From Chiloscyllium plagiosum (lineage: Eukaryota): 51,249 nt of DNA. The notes beneath the pieces were generated by a model. That model made no database searches. It worked only from the letters and a program-made list of their open reading frames with translations, and had not been told where the DNA came from. Location of the stretch: the NCBI RefSeq assembly GCF_004010195.1, contig NC_057718.1:50980819-51032067 (forward strand). The letters run 5' to 3'. Shown piece by piece: positions 1-10,455 of this stretch (the first letter of the stretch is position 1; every line of letters starts with the position of its first letter). The translations under genes and the position numbers were made by a program.

Positions 1-530
1 TCTAAACCCTGGAACATCCAGCAACCATTCCTGCCCCTGAGAAACCCATGTCTCTGTTATGGCCACAACATTATAGCACCAGGTACTGATCCATGCTCCA
101 AGTTCATCACTTTTGTTCCTGATACTCCTTGCATTAAAGCAAACACCCTTTAACTGATCCCTTGGTTCCTTGCCAGGAAAATCCTTCCCACTAGCTGGTC
201 TACCTCTTGCTATTGCCTCATCTGCATCAACTCTCACCTCCGGTATACAGCTCAGGTTCCCACCCCCCTGCCATACTAGTTTAAACCCTCTCGAACTACT
301 CGAGCAAACCTTCTACCCAGGACATTGGTCCACTTCCATTCAGATGCAACCCGCCCTTCTTGTACAGGTCCCACCTTCCCCAGAAGGCATCCCAATTATC
401 TACTTATCTGAAGCCCTCCCTCCTGCACCAGCTGCGCAGCCACATATTAAGCTGCGCCCGTTCCCTGTTCCTCGCCTCGCTATCTTGTGGCACCAGTAGT
501 AAACTAGAGAACACTACTCTATTCGTCCTT
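1..530 (-). mobile_element. CR1-clade LINE fragment spanning the ORF1 esterase C-terminus and the ORF2 APE-endonuclease N-terminus
   Basis: Minus strand 1-146 reads GVCFNARSIRNKSDELGAWISTWCYNVVAITETWVSQGQEWLLDVPGFR (APE N-terminal motifs). Upstream is LRSWCRREGFR*VDNWDAFWGRWDLYKKGGLHLN, like the SGNH-esterase ORF1 of CR1. Confidence 0.85.
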
Positions 531-710
531 GTTTTGATTTCCATGCCTTTAGGTACAAAACCAAAATATTTTGGTCTCTTTTCTGACTCAATACCACTCT
601 TAACAACTTGTTTATCTGAGTCTCAAGATCCTTCTGTATTCTTATTTATCAATTGAAATCTTAACACTTAAGATCATTAAAGAAGGGAATGAGTTGTCTA
701 TCTGTAACAG

Positions 711-868
711 CTGAAAATGTGCAGTTGGTTTATGAGAAGAAAGATATGATGATTCATCAGCTTGATTGTGACGATTTAGATATAAATATCGATATTGCTG
801 TTCAGCAACATCCAGTTATTGTCTATGCGGAACTTGCAATGAAACAACGTAATACTGCTGTCAATTAA
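711..868 (+). CDS. Candidate terminal coding exon of an ITIM-bearing receptor cytoplasmic tail (upstream exons would lie outside the window)
   Basis: Acceptor tctgtaacAG at 701-710, then a phase-1 open frame (x)ENVQLVYEKKDMMIHQLDCDDLDINIDIAVQQHPVIVYAELAMKQRNTAVN-TAA(866-868). AATAAA at 874-879. IVYAEL fits the ITIM consensus. Confidence 0.45.
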
Positions 869-1160
869 AAGAAAATAAATTGCTCTTCTTTAACCCTTAA
901 TGGGAATTTTGAAACTCTGCTGTGCAATGTTATCATGCCAATATATTATTATGCTCTTTTAAACTTCTCTCAGTCTCAGTGAAGGGGTTAACTAATTTAA
1001 AAAAAACATTTTGTTAAAACCTTTACAAAAATTAATTTAGCGCAAATGTGTTAACTGTCTGTATGATAAAATTCCTGATGTGGAGACGCCTATTGGACTG
1101 GGGTGGACACGATCAGAAGTCACATGACACCAGGTTATAGTCCAACAGGTTTATTTGAAA

Positions 1161-1197
1161 TCACAAGCTTTCGGAGCGCTGCTCCTTCATCAGGTGA
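1161..1197 (-). ncRNA. Minimal type-I hammerhead ribozyme-like motif (PLE family B)
   Basis: Minus strand tcac-CTGATGA-a-GGAGC-agc-GCTCC-GAAAGCTT-gtga. Core boxes, 5-bp stem II, stem I tcac/gtga, and a palindromic AAGCTT in place of stem III. Confidence 0.7.
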
Positions 1198-1244
1198 CGT
1201 GAAAAGAAGCACACAGGCACAGAATTTATGGGTAGAGAGATCAA

Positions 1245-1515
1245 GGTGGCACAGTGGCTTAGTGGTTAGCACTGCTGTCTCACAGCGCCAGGGACCAGGC
1301 TTTGATTCCAGCCTTGGGCGACTGTCTGTGTGGAGTTTGCACATTCTCCCGTGTCTGTGTGGGTTTCCTCCCACAGTCCAAAGATGTGTAGGTGAGGTGA
1401 ATTTCCCATAGTATTAGGTGCAGTAGTCAGAGGGAAATGGGTCTGGGTGGGTTACTCTTTGGAGGGTCGGTGTGGACTTGTTGGGTTGAAGGGCCTGTTT
1501 TCACAATGTAGAGAA
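1245..1515 (+). mobile_element. HE1-like tRNA-derived V-SINE
   Basis: A-box/B-box head (gtggcttagtggttagcactgct...tttgattcc), central tgtgtggagtttgcacattctcccgtgtctg domain and tail ggacttgttgggttgaagggcctgttt. Matches more than 10 other copies in the window. Confidence 0.85.
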
Positions 1516-2286
1516 TCAAAAATAGATCATACAAGTGGCAGATTTCAAATGAACCTGTTGGACTATAACCTGGTGTTGAGTGACTTCTGACCTGAATAAT
1601 TTCGACAACTAGTTTATTGTTTTGTGCAATCGACATGAAGTAAAAATATAACCATACAAAAGAAGTAGATCAAGAACTGGCAGAAGCGTTTGTTATTACT
1701 TTTTTTGGGGGATTTGTGCATTACTGGCAAGACCAGCATTTGTAACCCATTCCTAAATGCTCTTGAACTGCACGTCTTACAAGGTCATAGCTAATTCTGA
1801 TGAAATTCTGCAAAAACCTTCAAATTCTGATTGGCAATTACTCTGCATCAAGAGCGCTCCAAACAAGTCCCCTACGTCAAGACAATTTAAAGGGTTGACT
1901 CACTTAAACTTAACAGTTACCCGGGAAATGTATTTGACTGAGCACGGCATTAAGGAGCGCAAGCAAAACTGAAGTCATTGGGAACTGGGGGAAGACATTC
2001 CATATTGGAAACAAAGGAAGATGGTTGTGGTTGTTGGAGGCCGATCACCTCAGTTCCAGGACATCTCTGCAGGATTTCATGATCGCACCCCAGGACTAAC
2101 CATCTTCGTCTGTTTAATTAATGATCTTCCCTCCATTACAAGGTGAGAAGGAGATGTTTGCTGTACCATTCAGTACCATTCTCATCTTCGCAGATCCTGA
2201 AGTAATCAACATCCGAAAGCAGCAAGACTTGGACAATATCCAGATATCCATTTGCATCACACAAATACCATGTAATGACCAGCTCC

Positions 2287-2483
2287 GAGTTGAGAGTGTG
2301 TTGCTGGAAAAGCACAAGCAGCTCAGGCAGCATCCGAGCAGCAGGAAAATCGACATTTCGGGCCGGAGCCCTTCATCAGGAAATTATGATTTTCCTGCTC
2401 CTTGGATGCTGCTTGACATGCTGTGCTTTTCCAGCAACACACTCTCAACTCTGATCTCCAGCATCTGCAGACCTCACTGTCTC
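2287..2483. mobile_element. PLE-derived fold-back element (family A)
   Basis: Inverted arms gagttgagagtgtgttgctggaaaagcac.../...gtgcttttccagcaacacactctcaactc. TSD ccagctcc at 2279-2286 and 2484-2491. Confidence 0.85.
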
Positions 2484-2725
2484 CCAGCTCCAATAAGAGA
2501 CAATCTAACCACCACCTCTTGACATTCAAAGATGTTACTATTAACATCCTGGGGATTACCATTGACCATAGACTCAACTGGACTCACCACATATCAATGG
2601 ATACAAGAAAAGTCAGAGACTAGGAATACTGCAGCACTTCCTGAGTCCCCCAAAACCTGTCCACCATCCACTGAGCACAAGTCTAAACGTGATGAAATAC
2701 TGCACACTTGCCTGGATGAGAACAG

Positions 2726-2856
2726 GGAGAAAGTGAGGACTGCAGATGCTGGAGATCAGAGCTGAAAAATGTGTTGCTGGAAAAGCGCAGCAGGTCAGGC
2801 AGCATCCAAGGAGCAGGAGAATCAATGTTTCGGGCATAAGCCCTTCTTCAGGAATG
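2726..2856 (-). mobile_element. Single-arm PLE family A terminus with hammerhead motif
   Basis: Minus strand cattcCTGAAGAagggcttatgcccGAAAcattg...cagcatctgcagtcctcactttctc. Near-TSD atgagaacag (2716-2725) and atgagagcag (2854-2863). Confidence 0.8.
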
Positions 2857-3134
2857 AGAGCAGCTCCAACAACACTCAAGAAGCTTGACACCAACCAGGA
2901 CTTGTTTGGCTCCACATTCACAAATATCCATTCCTTCCACCAGTAAAGCTCAGTAACACCAGTGTATACCATCTACAAGATGCACTGCAGACATTTACCA
3001 AGGATCCTCAGACAGCACCTTCTAAACCCATGACCACTACAGTTTAGGCAAACAAGATACAGCAGAGATATGATAACAGCACGACCCACAAATTTCCCTC
3101 CAAGCCAGTCACCATCCTCACTTGGAAACATGTC

Positions 3135-4620
3135 ATAATCATAAATCATCTAAGCAGAATCAGTATGGTTTCATGAAAGGGAAACGCTGTCTGACAAATA
3201 TGTTAGAGTTTCTTGAGGAAGTTTCAACCAGAGTGACGAGAGGGGAACCAGCAGATATGTTGTATTTGGACTTCCAGAAAGTGTTCGACAAAATGTCCCA
3301 CAAAAAGGTTAAGTCATAAGCTAAGAGTCCACTGTGTTGGAGGTAGTATATTTCCACAGATAAGGAATTGGCTCATGGGCAGGAAATGGTGAGTGGGAGT
3401 AAAGGGTTCTTTTTCAGGTTGGAGACGATTGACTAGTGGGTCCATAGGGATCAGTGCTGGGACCTCATCAGTTTATAATATATATTAATGGCTTGGAAGA
3501 AGGAAGTGACTATGCTAAATTTGTAGGTAATACTAAAATAGGTGGAAAGACAAGTTATGAGAGGGACACAAACAGTTTACAGAGAGATATTGATAAGTTA
3601 ACTAAGTGGGCAAATGTTGGAAATGGGTTGCTATATGGGAAAATATGAATCTGTTAATTTTGGAAGGGAGAAGAAAAGACAATATTATTTAAATGGATAA
3701 AGTTTGTAGAAAGTTACAACACATCAGTTCGTGGGGGTACTTATGCATGAAACACAGAAAGCTAGCACACAGCTGCAGCAGGTAATCAAGAAAGCAAATG
3801 GAATATTGGACCTTAGTTCAAGGAATTTAAGAGTAGGGAAATCGTTCTGCCACTGTTAAGGTGCTGGTGAGACCACATCTGGAGTATTGTGAACAATTTT
3901 GGCCCCCTTTTGTAAGGAAACATATCATTTCAGAGGAGTTTCACTAGGATGATCCCTGTGTCTGGAGGGATTGCCTTATGAAAAAATGGCTAAACCGGTT
4001 GGGAATCTACTCACTGAAATATTTCATTGAAACATGAAGAATTCTTAAGGTGCTTGACAGGGTAAATGCTAAGATAATGTTTCCCCTCATAGAAGAGTCT
4101 AGGTCCAGAAGGCATAGTCTCAGACTAAAGGGATGCCAATCTAAGAGGAGAAAGTGAGGTCTGCAGATGCTGGAGATCAGAGATGGAAATGTGTTGCTGG
4201 AAAAGCGCAGCAGGTCAGGCAGCATCTAGGGAACAGGAGAATCGACGTTTCGGGCATTAGCCCTTCTTCATGCCCGAAACGTCGATTCTCCTGTTCCCTA
4301 GATGCTGCCTGACCTGCTGCGCTTTTCCAGCAACACATTTCCATCTCGGATGCCAATCTAAGACTGAGATGAAGAGAAATTTCTTCTATCGGAGGATTGA
4401 GTGTCTTTGGAACTTCTTTGCACACAAAGCTTTGGGCTAGAATCCTTGTGTATATTTAAGACTTAAATAGATAGATTATTGAACAGTCAGGGAAATCAAG
4501 GCTCATGGGCAAAGAAAGCGGACGTGAGGAATACTGTATTAGCCATAATCCAATTGAATGGCAGAGCAGGCTCGAGAGGCTGAATGGCCTACTGCAAATC
4601 TTACTTCCTATGGCCTTATA
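3135..4620 (+). mobile_element. CR1-clade LINE, RT domain to 3' end, decayed
   Basis: QNQYGFMKGKRCLTNMLEFLEEV...YLDFQKVFDK and LGPHQFIIYINGL..AKFVGNTKIGG, with many frameshifts. Confidence 0.9.
4147..4347. mobile_element. PLE-derived fold-back element (family A), young copy
   Basis: Perfect 78-bp inverted repeat at 4180-4257 and 4270-4347 with a 12-nt spacer. Perfect 16-bp TSD ggatgccaatctaaga at 4131-4146 and 4348-4363. Confidence 0.92.
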
Positions 4621-6944
4621 TCACCATTCCGAAGTATCACTGGGTCAAAATCCTGAAACTTGCTCCCAAAGAGAATTGTAGGGTGTACTTGCAGTCAGTG
4701 AACTGCAGTGGTTCAAGATAGCAGCTCACTATCACCTTCTCAAAGGAAACAAGGGATTGACAATAAATGGTGACCCAGCTGTATTCCATGAATGAACTAA
4801 AAACAAACTCTGGACCTAACACTCTTTGAACAGTTGACACAACACAATCCTCATCCAACCTGATCCCTTGACCTCGCGACCTTACCAACTTACCTGGCAT
4901 CCTGCCCATCTCTGCCACCTTAGCCATTGGCACACTACCCACCACCACACACAGTTACCACTACTCCCTTTTCCCCATCCAACCAACTCCCATGCTATCC
5001 CTACACTTCCCTCACATACTTACCCTTTAATAGGAGATGTCAAAGTGGCTGGCAGTGCTGCTGAATATTTAAATTTCAGAATATAGTGCTGTGATTGGTG
5101 TAAAAGAGCGCATCATAGGTGATGATTCACTCCTCTGCTCATCTGATATTTCTAAGACAGGTCTGTGCTGTTTGGAATGGAAGGCTCCTGTCCAGGAATC
5201 TCCACTGCAAAACTAATATGAAATTAAGTAGTTATTTCTTTAAAGTCAGAGCAGGTCAAAAGTAGGTTTTCCACTTCGATTGACATCTTTGGGCCAATAT
5301 CTATCATGTCCATGTAATGTGCACCTTCTCACTAACATGCAATAAACTGCATCTTGATTAAGAGAATGGTTTTTTCTCATTATACTCATTTGTGGCTTTC
5401 CTCCACCAAACCAGAACTAGCAGGTTCTATAGATCCCTAACCTAAAAGAGAATGGTGAAAGCAAATATACTCCATGGTGAGCAATAGTGCAGACAGACTA
5501 ATACAACAGTGGTCAACGATGATGAATGCTCATATGACAGGGACATTCCCTTTCCATGATCATTTCCCCACATTTATTCTTCAAACTGCCCTGCTGAAAG
5601 ATAAATCTGAATGTATTATTGCACAATTTAGTCTTTACATTTTTGTTGTCTGTTCAACCCAGTTAACTTATGTCCCAATCCCTGAAACCATTCCAGCTTT
5701 AAACCTGTGGACAAAAGCAGTTCAAATGAATGATCACAGACCAGAAACATTCATTCTGTTGTTCGCCTTACAGATGTTGTTTGGCCTGCTGAATATTTAC
5801 AGCATTTTCTATTTTTATTTAGCCTTTAGAATTTGTTGAAGGCTATGTGTCACCTCTGTATGAGGCATTCCATTATTTCGATAGTTATTTCTATGATGAA
5901 TTACTGACTGGACACATTTACCAAGTAGCCATCCAAGAATGTATCAGCTATTCGACGCATCAGGTTGCTAAGCACATCGGAACAGCATCTTGTTGTATCT
6001 GATTATCCACTCAGCATTGCTTTTGCTGTTTGAAAAATGTACTTTTTTTTGCATGCATGTGGTGTAGCATGTCTTAAAAATTCAATCAATGCTTTACTAC
6101 TTTCTTTTCAAAAATCAAGGAGAATTGAAATAATGAAAAGCCTAAAGATAAGGAACTGCACAGTCAACTTGAAAGGAATCACAAGATTTTAGACATTTTA
6201 CCATGAAAATGCTTTCATATTTCCTCTTTTAAAGAAGTAGCATTAATTTTTCCATTTCAGTCAAGATTTTCCAGTGAGATTTACGGTGCCCAGTCCACCC
6301 TGGTTTGCACCAACTTGTGGCCATCATGTCTACTTAATGCCTATTAACCCCTAATCCTCCCAGACTATTTGCCATTTCTGTCCTCTGCATCTCCTATACA
6401 CTCATTGAGGGCACCTCACCATCACTTTTGCTCCTACACCATCGCTATTTGCTTACTCATCCCCATCATAATACTCAAGCCCTCACTTTTTCAGTCTGAG
6501 AGGATTAAGACCAGCAGACTGAGGTGGCGAGGGATTGGCGGACATGGGCTCCACTTCAAAGGAGTAAAAAGTACTGAAACTGGCTGGAGAATGGTATGAA
6601 AATGCAGGTGGAGACAGGAAGACTTCAGCGGATAACCAACCCAAGCTGTATTGCGTCGCACTACTCGCCCACTATCACCAACAATAAATTAATCTTAACT
6701 TGCATGAGCTTTTATCCCTCGTACTCAACTCATTCCCTGCCTTCCCACATGCAGTCACGAATAGTACCTAACAAATATGTCCAATGAGACCAGTACTGGA
6801 GACCCTCAGCGTCATTTCCATATCTTTGGAGAAAGTTACTCAACCTTCAGATCAAGCACTAGCAAGGGTTTCACCTGCGGCCTCTACCAGCTCAGAGGCT
6901 TTCACCTTGGTGGGTTCTCTCTCTAGATTAGACTGGAATACTCA

Positions 6945-7565
6945 GTCGCATTTAGAAGGATAAGAGAGGAATTGATTGAAGTGTGTAAATTTTTAACAGG
7001 GCTGGACAGACTTTTTTATGGTGGATATTTCTCCAGTTGTGGAGTCCAGAACCAGGGGACACTGACAATTTAGGGCTGGGATGAGAAAAAAAATACTTCA
7101 CTCAAACAACAATGAACCTGAAAATTCTCAACTATAGAAGGCTGGGGAGGCCGTGTCATGAATATACTCAAGACAGGGGGATTTCTTTTCGATTTTAAAG
7201 GCATCGGGGGTCTGCTGAGAAAGCAAGAATATGGTACTGAGACAGGAGGATCAGTTCATGATCCTACTGAACGATGGAGCAAGATCAAAAGGCTGAATAG
7301 GCAAAAGTGAGGACTGCAGATGCTGGAAATCAGAGGCTCGATTAGAGTGGTGCTGGAAAAGCATAGCAGGCCAGGCAACATCCGAGGAGCAGGAAAATCG
7401 ACGTTTCGGGCAAAAGCCCTTCATCATGCATATGTCTGGTCATCTTCTTAGTGCGGTTGGTGATTGCCATGGAAACCCAATTCTAATATACATTCCTGAT
7501 GAAGGGCTTTTGCCCAAAATATCGTTTTTCCTCAAAGGGCTGAATAGCCTACTTTCTATATTTCT
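6945..7565 (+). mobile_element. CR1-clade LINE 3' fragment
   Basis: tttagaaggataagagaggaattgattgaagtgtgtaaa...gagtccagaaccaggggacac...ggctgaatagcctact, a typical CR1 3' end. Split by a PLE insertion. Confidence 0.75.
7301..7531. mobile_element. PLE family A fold-back insertion with a captured host segment
   Basis: Left arm 7303-7426, right arm 7491-7532 (cattcCTGATGAagggcttttgccc). TSD tcaaa(a/g)ggctgaatag at 7285-7300 and 7532-7547. The spacer 7419-7492 matches 7838-7911. Confidence 0.85.
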
Positions 7566-9454
7566 ATGAAGCGGGAGCACAATCTAATGAATACATGACT
7601 GGCATGTCTCTTTAGCTAATCAAGGAAGAGACATTTCAGTTTTTTGGTACTTAGAGGACTACTGGAGACCAGGCACCTGCAGAGCCCCAGGTACAAGACA
7701 ATCCCATTGTCTCCATCATTCATGATGTTGTGAAAATGCATAGGTAGACACATGAACCACAAATAGGTTTGTCAGAGCAGTTGGTAAAATGAATTAAGGG
7801 ATGGAAGAGTTTATCGACCTTGTGAGCAACGTGCTGACTTCATCATGCATATGTCTTGTCATCTTCAATGTGCGGTTGGTGATTGCCATGGAAACCCAAT
7901 TCAAATATACACAGTGTTCACCAGATGCTTGTATGGACTTGTACTACATTATTGCAGCCATAGGTGCTCAGCATCAATAGGAAGATGAGTTGGGTACATG
8001 TGATCTTGAATGGACTCCAGATGCCCCTTTCCCTTGGGCAGACAGGTCGGTGTTATTGAGAACCAATAGAGGGTATTTGCAACATAGAGGACTCCAAAGC
8101 ATCTTCTCAGGATATTGGTTCCCACGCCCTCCATCTGCCCCTGGACTGCAATGCCAAAGTCTCCACAAGAGTCAGATGAGGATGGTGAGGCTGCACAGAG
8201 GCAGGACATTCTCAGCAGGTGTAGGCCTCCTAAGCTCAAATACTTCCAGGAACAACTACCCAGATCTATTAGGCCAACATGTTTTATATATATGCACCTG
8301 CACTCTAAAATGTGTGTTTTGGTGTCTTTGTCACTGCTGGGCCTGGTGAAGACGTACCACATGAGAGAGAAACAGCATGTTCAGACATCTTAAATATGAA
8401 AGTTGTTGCAATTGCCAAGCATTGCTCATCTTTCACCAGCAGCTGAACCCTTGACTGAAAATAAGCATCACATATACCAGAGATCCTTGAAACTTGACAT
8501 GGATGACTGAAGCCAAAACATTGCACTTCAAATTAAACATTAATGAGACTAAACTGTGCAGGGATTGTGCTAAAGCATGGACTTGCAAACATTGTTCCAT
8601 CTACCTTGTGAGTAAATGGAAGGAAACAGTGATGATTCCACACATCTCTGTGGGGAAAGGTCCATTCTATGCCTGAGCTTCTCAAGGGAGCACATGAGTA
8701 TTCAAAGTTGGGTGTTGATAATGGGTAGATTACATGTTCACACTACATGTATATTGTAGCACGTTTTGTCAGTGTTCTCGACAAAATGCTGTTTCTTACA
8801 GGTTCAACACTATCCTACAGGATGCTCAAGTATTTCAGGGTGTTCAACAGACTACATGTGCTCTGAAAGGTTGGAGGATTACCAATGATAGAAGGGCTAT
8901 TCCAACCTGCTGGCTATCATGGGAGATTTCACTGCTTTTATTATTCAGACAGTGTATGTGCAGCCTGAAGAGTAAAAAGCAAATTTACCTCAACTTTAAC
9001 CTTATTGCCATACAATGTTAGTGCTTTGTTTCACTAACTGCTCCTTTTCCTCTAATAATGAGTAGGACATGTCATGTGTAGATATCGGAAAGTCAATTAC
9101 CTGGAGGTGGTAATCATCCAGTCAAATGATAAATAGGCATTTAATCAATGACACAAAAAAAATCAGATTTTCAAAAATAACCAGATTTATATGTACATTA
9201 TTCTCATGACAGGTTGTTTGATGTGTAGCCAACAGAAAGTTACACAATTAAAATTAAGTCCAAACCCAGCTCATTTTGTAAGTGGGTTTCAAGTAGGTTT
9301 TCTACTGGCTTATCAAGCTCTGCAATGTATTGCTTTGTCAAGGTCTGTTGGACAGTCATCCCATCAATGTGCTGACCCTCATGCTTCTCTTCATTGTCAG
9401 GAGGTTGATGTTAATCTTTTTCTGCATCCAGAATAATCCCCCACTTTGTCGGAT

Positions 9455-10035
9455 CCACAGCACCACAATAATGACATGGCATGCCTTTTCTGGATTATAT
9501 TGCAAGGTCCCATGACAGCAATTCAGACATTGAAATTTCATTTTTAGGAATCCTATAGTCTTGGTCCACTATGGCTTCGGGTGAAGCATGGACAGTGTTG
9601 TATCTTTAACTGTGCCAGTCTGAGAGCTTTGTAAAAGTGGCATCATCCACATTTGGAAGGAGTAGCCCTTGTCTTCCAACTGCCTGTATAACCCAGGACC
9701 TTGGAAGGATATATGAACCTGAGAGTTCTCTCATACGGATGCAGCGCCCCAGATATCTAGCACAGAAACCTCGATAGAATGGAGGCTTTTCTTGCTGATG
9801 CACTCTCCTGGTGTCACAGCATCTGACACCTGGGAGAAGCCAGCTATGGAGATTGCCACTTGCTCTGACTGCTCGACACTCTTTCTCATCACAAGGGAAG
9901 GACATGAACAGCTATGACCTGGAGAAAATGACATCAGTTGCATCATGGATTATTTATAGATGGAGGTTTGGGAGATGTCACACAAGACCCCAGTTACTCC
10001 CTGAAGCACATCACTGGCATAAAGATTTAAGACAG
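9455..10035 (-). pseudogene. Fossil PIF/Harbinger (HARBI1-like) DDE transposase
   Basis: Collinear motifs across frames: AITVAAVLNLYASDVLQGVTGVLCDISQTSIYK; IAGFSQVSDAV; ISKKSLHSIEV; LEDKGYSFQMWMMPL; MKFQCLNCCHGTLQYNPEKACHVIIVV (compare Harbinger-type IAGFP..GAID, NRKG.HS.NVQ, LGDxGY, RFRCL..SGG.LQYSPEK). Confidence 0.8.
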
Positions 10036-10455
10036 CTGCAACTGTGATAGCTAACACAATGACATGACCAGACAGCCCCTCCGAGAACGAGCCCTGCTCT
10101 AGCAACACTCCCATTGCCCTTGGCTATTCAGAGTTCCCCACTATAAAATGCTGTCTGCCTCTCCCTCTGCACTGACCAGTAAAGTAAGCCACAGAAGCTG
10201 GCTGCCTGCCACCTAGTACTGAACAGCCTGTGATCTTAAACAGCAATACAAGGCACAAAGGGTGTCAGCTTTTGAGTAACTGTAAAGAGAATGAGCATTG
10301 AGAAACAATCGTAACGGCCTCTACATTCACGAGACACATGTGTCCTTGTGTATTAGGAACCGGAAACATACAAACTGCAAGTGTCTCTGAGCTCTGAAGT
10401 CAAATACTGAGGTGTGTTGTAGTGTGAGAGGTAGTCTGAGACCAGGCATAGTGAT

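Larger units (their letters stand above)
1079..1593. mobile_element. PLE terminal fold-back insertion (family B), interrupted by a HE1-like SINE
   Basis: 1112-1162 (tcagaagtcacatgacaccaggttatagtccaacaggtttatttgaaatc) is inverted at 1541-1590. A hammerhead motif lies at 1161-1197. The same terminus ends the PLE at 46297-46352. Confidence 0.75.
1975..3130 (+). mobile_element. Decayed non-LTR retrotransposon RT and 3' fragment, carrying two PLE-derived insertions
   Basis: aggaagatggttgtggttgttggagg...ttccaggacatctctgcagg...attaatgatcttccc...atgtttgctg (RT-like INDL/MFA). The same family occurs on the minus strand at 14390-14570. Confidence 0.6.
6490..8300 (+). pseudogene. Possible fossil Harbinger Myb/SANT partner-gene remnants
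   Basis: ERIKT...GGEGLADMGSTSKE*KVLKLAGE near 6497-6592 follows a pyrimidine-rich AG. It lies convergent with the transposase fossil at 9455-10035. Heavily decayed. Confidence 0.3.

Noticed and set aside
4147..4347. Interpretation as a DNA-transposon MITE, pre-miRNA or CRISPR-like repeat
   Set aside because: TSDs vary in length and sequence, the arms are asymmetric, and they match the 3' end of a GIY-YIG retroelement. There is no repeat-spacer array.
5905..6030. Minus-strand frame with BH3-like LSNLMRRIADTF and nearby splice-like signals
   Set aside because: A stop codon lies just upstream in that frame, the best acceptor gives no consistent frame, and the key Leu is Met. Likely chance.
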